Virus record (IMG/VR): IMGVR_UViG_3300028571_000009
DNA from: a virus
Direction: 5' to 3' (one strand)
DNA: 64,000 nucleotides
Under the pieces are notes generated by a model that saw only the letters and a program-made list of their open reading frames with translations, ran no database searches and was not told the origin of the DNA. Both the position numbers and the translations under genes were made by a program. Of this stretch, positions 57,770-64,000 are shown in pieces. Positions within the stretch are counted from its first letter, which is position 1. Each line of letters opens with the position of its first letter.

Positions 57770-58080
57770 TGAATTGGACTCCGGAATTAGTATTTGAAGG
57801 GTTGAACCCACCCGTAATCATCAGTAAGGATGTACATACAAACTATGTCGTTAATGGTGGTAAATGGTATGACGCTCCTTTAAACGTGACTCTGGATATG
57901 GTTCGAAGTCAATGGAAACGTTGGCGACCTAAAGGGTATATCGAAAACACAGTAGCTAAATATACCAAGTTCCGGAGTAGCTCCAGTGATGCTATTTATA
58001 CCGTGTCTGAACAGAACGGGTTTAAGACCTGTGATTGCCCGGGATTCACATACAGAAAAAAGTGTAAGCACGTAAATTAA
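57769..58080 (+). CDS. SWIM Zn-finger protein
   Basis: YTV...CDCPGF...CKH. Confidence 0.75.
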   Translation: MNWTPELVFEGLNPPVIISKDVHTNYVVNGGKWYDAPLNVTLDMVRSQWKRWRPKGYIENTVAKYTKFRSSSSDAIYTVSEQNGFKTCDCPGFTYRKKCKHVN

Positions 58081-58085
58081 GAATT

Positions 58086-58271
58086 ATGATTACTACAGAT
58101 AAAGGGGAACTTTCCCGCGAAGAAAAACTCATCAGAATTGAAGAGATTTGCAAGAAGATGTCAAAAGGAGAATTACTGGAAGAGTTGTTATCGGTAGTTA
58201 ACATGTTAGGTAATGACCTAGCCGGTATCGCTTTTATGGAAGATATTCACGATTCACACTTTAATCAATAA
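58086..58271 (+). CDS. hypothetical protein
   Basis: Packed ORF. Confidence 0.5.
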   Translation: MITTDKGELSREEKLIRIEEICKKMSKGELLEELLSVVNMLGNDLAGIAFMEDIHDSHFNQ

Positions 58272-58272
58272 T

Positions 58273-58506
58273 ATGAGTAATACTAAAACTGTAATAGGTA
58301 GATTTTCTGATTATCAGAAAGCTAAGATTTGGATTGAAGCGATGTTACCATATGACGTCGACAGGCTATTGCCCGCAGCAAACCAAATTATCAATGAAAG
58401 CTACCAATATTGCATCATATATGATGGTCTCAATAAACCTAATGGTAGAACTCTAACTATACCCAGCCCGCAACTATCTGAGAATCAAGTGGTTATAACT
58501 AATTGA
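58273..58506 (+). CDS. hypothetical protein
   Basis: Ends VITN* in the repeat box. Confidence 0.55.
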   Translation: MSNTKTVIGRFSDYQKAKIWIEAMLPYDVDRLLPAANQIINESYQYCIIYDGLNKPNGRTLTIPSPQLSENQVVITN

Positions 58507-58513
58507 TAATCAA
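58495..58513. promoter_or_regulatory. box ATAACTAATTGATAATCAA
   Basis: 32 nt upstream of promoter 58546-58574. Confidence 0.7.
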
Positions 58514-58580
58514 AGGGATAAAATGCCGGAAAGTTTCCAAATAACTTGTATTTTTCAGCCGGTATCCTTATCTTAATAAT

Positions 58581-58787
58581 ATGAGAAAAGCTAAAGATTC
58601 ATTCCAAATAGTGCCCATTAAGCTGTCCCTGGGCATAGCATACCTTCTTAAGGAAGGAAATCAAATTCACGGACAGTTCATTTCCATCCAAAAGGCTGAG
58701 CAGCGAAAGCTGAGAATATTAGCTGACCGCGAAGAAATTAAGGTCATCAAAGAATCGGCCAATATCGAATTTAAAATCGAACAATAA
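58581..58787 (+). CDS. hypothetical protein
   Basis: ATG 6 nt behind TATCTT. Confidence 0.6.
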   Translation: MRKAKDSFQIVPIKLSLGIAYLLKEGNQIHGQFISIQKAEQRKLRILADREEIKVIKESANIEFKIEQ

Positions 58788-58788
58788 T

Positions 58789-59019
58789 ATGAGAACAAAA
58801 ATAACAATTGACTTTAACGCGACAGAGTTTCGTAAAGTAATCGTACCGGGAACGGTAACCACAGAAAGGGGTGAAACTCTAGAATTTGAAATCGTGGCCG
58901 ATGTTGATGCTATGCAACCGCAGGACATATGCGTTGAATGGGCTGATGCGCCGATTATAAAAAGTGAAGAGTGGGTATTGACTGATGCAATCAAACAGCA
59001 ATATCTGGCGGAAAGATAA
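58789..59019 (+). CDS. hypothetical protein
   Basis: Packed ORF. Confidence 0.55.
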   Translation: MRTKITIDFNATEFRKVIVPGTVTTERGETLEFEIVADVDAMQPQDICVEWADAPIIKSEEWVLTDAIKQQYLAER

Positions 59020-59093
59020 TTACCGATTCGTTTGGTAGTATGGAATAAATTACTTATCTTAATATTATTAGTTAAAATTAAAAATTGAAACAA

Positions 59094-59534
59094 ATGGCTA
59101 ACACCACAAAATCGACAATCTTCGGAACGTCAAAAGGATATGATATCCAAATTGGTAATGTGTATGAAAACGCAACACCGCAAACTCTTTACCCGCGTCA
59201 AGCTGCAAGAGAGCTTTGGAAAATTGAAAATGTAAATGGGTTCACCATTACAGAAATGAATAAAGCTGGTAGACGTTTTACCTGCGACTTCTTTGACGCA
59301 AACCGTAAGGTAGTGAAGACCAAACGAGTATATCGTGAATATGTTGAATCAATGATTGACCAGTTAGGATTGACTGTTCCGGATGCATCTACTGAAACCG
59401 CACCGGCTGATACCACTAAAAAGGTAACCGCTGCAAAAGGTAAGAGTAAGAAGACTGCTAAGGGTGCTACATCTAAGGAAGTTATCGTTGATGACACACC
59501 GGACATGATTACCGAACCGTTGGAATTCGCTTAA
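59094..59534 (+). CDS. hypothetical protein with low-complexity tail
   Basis: Behind promoter 59032-59060. Confidence 0.6.
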   Translation: MANTTKSTIFGTSKGYDIQIGNVYENATPQTLYPRQAARELWKIENVNGFTITEMNKAGRRFTCDFFDANRKVVKTKRVYREYVESMIDQLGLTVPDASTETAPADTTKKVTAAKGKSKKTAKGATSKEVIVDDTPDMITEPLEFA

Positions 59535-59540
59535 GTCACG

Positions 59541-59625
59541 AAACCCTGGGGAAATCGATGGACACTAAGTCGCCCCCGGACGGGCACGACCACAGAAGGA
59601 CTTCGCCAGTACCCAGGGTTTTTTT
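59541..59625 (+). terminator. terminator-like stem enclosing a 61-nt GC-rich structured insert
   Basis: AAACCCTGGG/CCCAGGGTTT plus T-tract. Confidence 0.6.
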
Positions 59626-59664
59626 AATCTAAATCATTAATAACTAAATAAAAGAATAACAAAT

Positions 59665-59967
59665 ATGGCAGCAGCAACAGCATCAGTAAGCGCCCCAAAA
59701 GGCAAATCAAGACAGGACTCTACATTACCACGCGGATTCATGGAATCGCCGGAGTATTTAGCAAAGCGTGCTAATATGCAGGCCGAGGTGAATAAGTTTA
59801 ATTATAAGCCCAAAGAGCGTTCGTCAGAGAAATGGAAGAAAACACCGGAGGAACGGTTGCAGTTAGCCAATCTAAAATTGCAGTTATTCACAGCAATAAG
59901 AAAACACGGAAACGACCCAAAGAAGCGCATGAATGACGCTGAGCCAATCCGGGTTACCGTTTGGTAA
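59665..59967 (+). CDS. hypothetical basic protein
   Basis: A-rich leader, packed. Confidence 0.6.
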   Translation: MAAATASVSAPKGKSRQDSTLPRGFMESPEYLAKRANMQAEVNKFNYKPKERSSEKWKKTPEERLQLANLKLQLFTAIRKHGNDPKKRMNDAEPIRVTVW

Positions 59968-59996
59968 AATTTTAAGAAAATATACTTTTTGATTAT

Positions 59997-60025
59997 ATGC
60001 CTCACCAAAAGTGGGGCATTTTTCA
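59997..60025 (+). terminator. intrinsic terminator
   Basis: ATGCCTCAC/GTGGGGCAT plus T-tract. Confidence 0.7.
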
Positions 60026-60133
60026 TGAACTACCCTTCTTAGCCTTCATTTAACGGGCTAGTAGAATACCCGTAATATCTTATATCATAAGCCGTATCGA
60101 TACTCTTATAAGCTCTATAAAGCACTATCTTGT

Positions 60134-60177
60134 ATAACTGCTTGATAATCAATTAACTATAACTAATTGATAATCAA
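60134..60177. promoter_or_regulatory. two tandem boxes
   Basis: 60134-60152 and 60159-60177; second is 32 nt upstream of promoter 60210-60238. Confidence 0.7.
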
Positions 60178-60274
60178 TATCATAAAGTTTCGGAAAGTTT
60201 CATTTGGCCTTGGTCAATCGGTATCTATCTATTATATTTAAGTATAAGGGATAGAAATAAAAACCCTTCAAATT

Positions 60275-60460
60275 ATGGTTAAGAAAGTTAAAGTATTTGA
60301 AATTTATGTGTCAACTCCAAATGGTGGTTCTGAAAGGTATAATATGTCTATGATAACCGATTACACGGCCGCGTGCAAGTTACGCGATTACGTTGTTGGT
60401 AAGGTTGGTCACCCGAATGTGTATATTATGCCAAGTACGGCTAATTGGGTAGTCTCATAA
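60275..60460 (+). CDS. hypothetical protein
   Basis: Behind promoter. Confidence 0.55.
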   Translation: MVKKVKVFEIYVSTPNGGSERYNMSMITDYTAACKLRDYVVGKVGHPNVYIMPSTANWVVS

Positions 60461-60522
60461 TTACTTGGTAGTGTCAATCGAATTAATTATCTTTAAGTAT
60501 AAACCTAATAAAAATTAAAAAA

Positions 60523-61710
60523 ATGAATAGAATCGGAATGGTCGTCCAAGAGACGAGATTTGTAAAAGTGTATTGTAACGGCAAGGATATCTCTAAGGAG
60601 GTTCCGCAGGCCATAAGATTAGCCGCTCGTGATGCGGGTAAGGATGTTGAATGTATTGCGGGTGAGTGGGTAGTGTCCGGACAGGCTGCTACTGGTATTG
60701 TGTCTAAGCCTGATGTAGAGCTTGAAGAAGCTACTATGGTTAAGCTCAAAGCTACCGAGTCGGTCAATTCTACCGATGGTTCTATTGTGAATATTACGAA
60801 CTTTGTGCATAGAGAAGCTGCCGGCTTAAAACCCTCCCACTTCTTTATCTCGGACCTTAAGTGGAAGTATTTAATAAGAGCCGTGATGCGTGGGCGCAAT
60901 GTGCTTATGACTGGGCCCGCTGGGACTGGTAAAACTATGGCAGTGAAACACGTGGTGAACGCTTTAAATCGCCCTCACTTTTACTTTAATATGGGTGCTA
61001 CTCAGGACCCGAGAACGACATTGATTGGTAATACCCACTTCAAGAAAGATTCGGGAACGTATTTCGCTCAGAGTTTATTTGTGACCGCTATTCAGACTCC
61101 AAATGCTGTGATATTGCTGGATGAGATTAGTCGTGCTCACCCCGAAGCTGGTAACTTATTAATGCCGGTTCTGGATATGAACCAGCGTTATTTGCGTCTA
61201 GATGAAAAAGACGATAGTCCGACTATCCCAGTTGCTGAAGGTGTTTCTTTCATAGGAACTGCCAATATTGGAAATGAATATACCGGAACCAGAACTATGG
61301 ACCGTGCATTGAAGGACCGTTTCTCAACCACTATTGAAATGGAAGAACTTAACTCTTCCGAGGAGTTGCGTCTGTTGAAATTATTGTACCCTAAGGGTGA
61401 TAAGCAAGTATTAGGCGCGATTGCCGATATTGCCGGTCATACCCGTGAGAATATCAAATCTGAGAATCCTAAGGTTGGAACCACTATATCAACCCGTATG
61501 GCAGTTGAAATGGGTTCACTTAGTGTCGACGGGTTTAGTTTAGCTGAAATTGCTGATGTAACCATTTACCCATTCTATTCAGAAGAAGGTGGGGTTGACT
61601 CTGAGAGAGTTTATATGAAGCAATTGGTTCAGAAATATATCAAAACCACTGATAGCAAGCTATTCGGTGATGGTGACACTGTGGCTCCAACCACTGCTAG
61701 CCCATTCTAA
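60523..61710 (+). CDS. MoxR/CbbQ-type AAA+ ATPase
   Basis: GPAGTGKT, LLDEISRA, GTAN, ALKDRF. Confidence 0.85.
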   Translation: MNRIGMVVQETRFVKVYCNGKDISKEVPQAIRLAARDAGKDVECIAGEWVVSGQAATGIVSKPDVELEEATMVKLKATESVNSTDGSIVNITNFVHREAAGLKPSHFFISDLKWKYLIRAVMRGRNVLMTGPAGTGKTMAVKHVVNALNRPHFYFNMGATQDPRTTLIGNTHFKKDSGTYFAQSLFVTAIQTPNAVILLDEISRAHPEAGNLLMPVLDMNQRYLRLDEKDDSPTIPVAEGVSFIGTANIGNEYTGTRTMDRALKDRFSTTIEMEELNSSEELRLLKLLYPKGDKQVLGAIADIAGHTRENIKSENPKVGTTISTRMAVEMGSLSVDGFSLAEIADVTIYPFYSEEGGVDSERVYMKQLVQKYIKTTDSKLFGDGDTVAPTTASPF

Positions 61711-61718
61711 AATTATTA

Positions 61719-61752
61719 GGTTACCCGGGTTGAGAAATCGCCCGGGTTTTTA
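61719..61752 (+). terminator. intrinsic terminator
   Basis: CCCGGG/CCCGGG stem plus T-tract after the AAA gene. Confidence 0.65.
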
Positions 61753-61757
61753 TACGC

Positions 61758-61805
61758 CTGATAATCAAGCAGTTATACACACTCGCGTAACTAGCTGATA
61801 ATCAA
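61758..61805. promoter_or_regulatory. inverted plus direct box pair
   Basis: 61758-61776 (reverse) and 61787-61805; 22 nt upstream of promoter 61828-61856. Confidence 0.7.
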
Positions 61806-61878
61806 TACCGTTCATTTACACAAATCCTTGTGCATTCGCCCTGGATTTACTATCTTTATAATATAAGAAATAAGAAAT

Positions 61879-64000
61879 ATGGCAAAAATTAAGAAATTTG
61901 ATGAGAGTAAAAATTGGGAAACCTCGAAGTATTGGATGGGTGATATGCGTGCTAATAAGCTCTCAGGTGCCCAGGGTAGAAGTTCGAATATAGTGGAGAT
62001 GGCAGCATTTCAGCGTGCTATCTCGAATTTCGTCCGTATCACTACTGGTAAGGATATCCCGGTAAAATTTAATAATGGTTCTGTTCCCTTCACCAATGGG
62101 AAGGTGGTGACTATTTCAGCCACTATGGATAATAAGAAGTTTGACGTGAATGTAGGATTGGCCCTGCATGAAGGTAGTCACGTGCTTTTATCTAACTTTG
62201 ATTTAGTCAGTGATATTGTAGATTTAAAGGACCAACGTATCCTTGATTTTATTACGGTGTCGATGAACGAGTTAGCACCGAATGGTAAACCGTATAAAGA
62301 GCAGAGAAGAATGGGGCACGGGCATATGCAAAAGGCTTGGGTACATCGTATTAAATCAATTCTGAATATTATTGAAGACCGTCGTATAGATAACTTTGTG
62401 TATAATGCGGCTCCAGGATATCGTGGTTATTATTTATCTATGTATGCCGAGTATTTCAACAGTGAAGTCATCGACATTGCATTGAAGTATAACCACTTCA
62501 CTAAGGAAGCGTGGAAAGATTATGAGTTTCATATGACCAATATTATGAACCCGAACCGTAACCCTTTAGCTCTTAAAAAGCTCAAGGCTGTGTTCGATAA
62601 AATTGACTTGTATCACATAGGTCGTTTGAAGACCACGTCAGATGCATTTGATTTGACTCTGGAGGTTGCTGACTTAATTAAGGAGGAGCTTTTATTCAAC
62701 GAATCATGGTGTGACCCACTTCCGGAACCGGAACCAAAGTTAGAACCTGAGAAGAAGGAAGCTAAATCGTCTAAGCCAGAGAGCTCAGATGATGAAGATA
62801 CTAAGGGTGATGAAGATGATTCTGATGATGCATTAGAAGAAGAAACTAAGGAATCCGGTAAGGCTAAATCAAAGTCTAAAAAGGCTGATGAAACTGAAGA
62901 AGATGATGAAGACCCGAATTTAGATGAATTATCAGGAGATGCAAATGACCCTTTAGGTAGAGTTAATGAAGAAATGAGTGCTCCGCAATTATCACCGGAC
63001 GATATGACAGAATCCGAGAAGGAATTAATTGAAAATGAGTTAGTAGATGCTATAGACCAGCAGGCTGAGTTTACCGATGGTAAGCCGACTTATAAGTCTT
63101 CTGTAGATTCTAAGGTTGATAAACAATTGACTGCTATGGAAAAGGGTGTGGACATTATGGGTGTCGGGCCTGATGGGATGAAGAAAAAATGTGTTGTTAT
63201 TAAGGAGCTTAATGAGAATATCATTAATAACATTCCAGGCCCGTTTCATTCTAGTTTATATTATTCGTCAGAAAGGCTACGTAATGAACGCGATATTGCT
63301 GTAGCAAAAGTTGGTGGATATGATAAGTTCGACATAATGCAGTATGGCTCTTCGTATACAAATAACTGTGCCAATATTGCTGCCGGTATCCGTATGGGCA
63401 GTATGCTAGGTAGAAAGCTTAAATTAAGAAATGAGTCCAGTGAGTTATTGAATACCCGTCTCCGTGAAGGTCGTATTGATAAGCGATTGATTGCTGAAAT
63501 TGGTTATGGTGCTGAAGCGGTATTTAGTAAGTTATCAGTTAAGACCATTAACCCTGTTCACATACATTATTCAATTGATGCCTCGGGTAGTATGAATGGA
63601 GCTAGATTCAATGCCGCATTAATATCAGCCGCTGCAATTGCTAAGGCAGCCAGTATGATATCAGATGTACACGTTGTGATTAGCTTTCGTTCTACAATTG
63701 ACGTAGGTAGTGGTGATTGTGCATGCACAGTTATTGGATATGATTCACATAAGAATCCGATATCGCACCTGATAAATTATATGGCCTTTATTAATACTAA
63801 TTCAACCACCCCGGAAGGTCTATGTTTTGAATCTGTTCAAAAGATTATGGCTAATGACGTTAAGGGGAAAGATGGTATCTTTATTAATATATCAGACGGT
63901 GAACCGTATTTCCACAAATATAGTGGCACTGTTGCTTTCACTCATACAAGGGGTGAAGTGAATAAGATTCGTGCAGCAGGCTATAAAGTGTTATCGTATT
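61879..64000 (+). CDS. HExxH peptidase-like plus acidic linker plus VWA domain protein (MoxR partner), 3' end outside window; not in ORF track
   Basis: MAKIKKFDE...; ALHEGSH, EDRRID, D/E-rich linker, IDASGSM MIDAS, TPEG, ISDGEP. Confidence 0.85.
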   Translation, partial: MAKIKKFDESKNWETSKYWMGDMRANKLSGAQGRSSNIVEMAAFQRAISNFVRITTGKDIPVKFNNGSVPFTNGKVVTISATMDNKKFDVNVGLALHEGSHVLLSNFDLVSDIVDLKDQRILDFITVSMNELAPNGKPYKEQRRMGHGHMQKAWVHRIKSILNIIEDRRIDNFVYNAAPGYRGYYLSMYAEYFNSEVIDIALKYNHFTKEAWKDYEFHMTNIMNPNRNPLALKKLKAVFDKIDLYHIGRLKTTSDAFDLTLEVADLIKEELLFNESWCDPLPEPEPKLEPEKKEAKSSKPESSDDEDTKGDEDDSDDALEEETKESGKAKSKSKKADETEEDDEDPNLDELSGDANDPLGRVNEEMSAPQLSPDDMTESEKELIENELVDAIDQQAEFTDGKPTYKSSVDSKVDKQLTAMEKGVDIMGVGPDGMKKKCVVIKELNENIINNIPGPFHSSLYYSSERLRNERDIAVAKVGGYDKFDIMQYGSSYTNNCANIAAGIRMGSMLGRKLKLRNESSELLNTRLREGRIDKRLIAEIGYGAEAVFSKLSVKTINPVHIHYSIDASGSMNGARFNAALISAAAIAKAASMISDVHVVISFRSTIDVGSGDCACTVIGYDSHKNPISHLINYMAFINTNSTTPEGLCFESVQKIMANDVKGKDGIFINISDGEPYFHKYSGTVAFTHTRGEVNKIRAAGYKVLSY

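Noticed and set aside
55108-61805. Repeated 19-bp boxes as a CRISPR array
   Set aside because: Spacing is irregular (tens to thousands of bp) and separated by genes and promoters; no cas genes. The PD-(D/E)XK gene at 24332 is a stand-alone phage nuclease in a replication context.
1542-63249. Minus-strand and alternative-frame ORFs in the track (e.g. 5014-5367, 44525-45067, 46167-46529, 60483-60899)
   Set aside because: All overlap well-supported + strand genes, lack family motifs and start contexts, and read as antisense or frame shadows.
1-64000. Stop-codon reassignment (alternative genetic code)
   Set aside because: Known enzymes are full length in code 11; TAA, TAG and TGA all end tightly packed genes.
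1-64000. tRNA or rRNA genes
   Set aside because: No cloverleaf or T-loop GTTCGA pattern found in intergenic DNA by eye; tRNAscan-SE would be needed to exclude them.

Overview
64 kb of a large (jumbo-type) tailed dsDNA phage genome, about 33-36% GC by spot checks, with essentially all genes on the + strand and standard code 11. A Bacteroidota host is inferred from SD-less A-rich leaders, TTG(G/T)-N19-TAT(A/C)TT promoters resembling the Bacteroidota -33/-7 type, and an Hc1-like protein. Layout: (i) 1-15.1 kb, a 7-deazaguanine DNA-modification locus (queE, dpdA/TGT-like, folE, dpdL/QueD-like) interleaved with a Gfo/Idh/MocA oxidoreductase, a Zn-dependent MDR dehydrogenase, two GT-B glycosyltransferases and the family B DNA polymerase, and invaded by three free-standing endonucleases; (ii) 15-26 kb, replication and nucleotide genes (clamp, RuvC-like, clamp loader, thyA, dNMP kinase, PD-(D/E)XK nuclease); (iii) 26-44 kb, a glycosylation island with about 12 glycosyltransferase-like genes, methyltransferases and an NDP-sugar tailoring operon; (iv) 44-54 kb, basic DNA-binding proteins, lysis-like membrane genes and DNA ligase; (v) about 1 kb of structured non-coding DNA, then 55-64 kb, an array of small early-type genes each behind a promoter with a helically phased palindromic box, ending in a MoxR AAA+/VWA pair. 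Best candidates for something new: a possibly glycosylated 7-deazaguanine DNA hypermodification pathway, and a two-copy HNH cassette whose upstream terminated small RNA is complementary, with covariation, to the HNH translation start. All family assignments come from motif recognition only; no searches were run.
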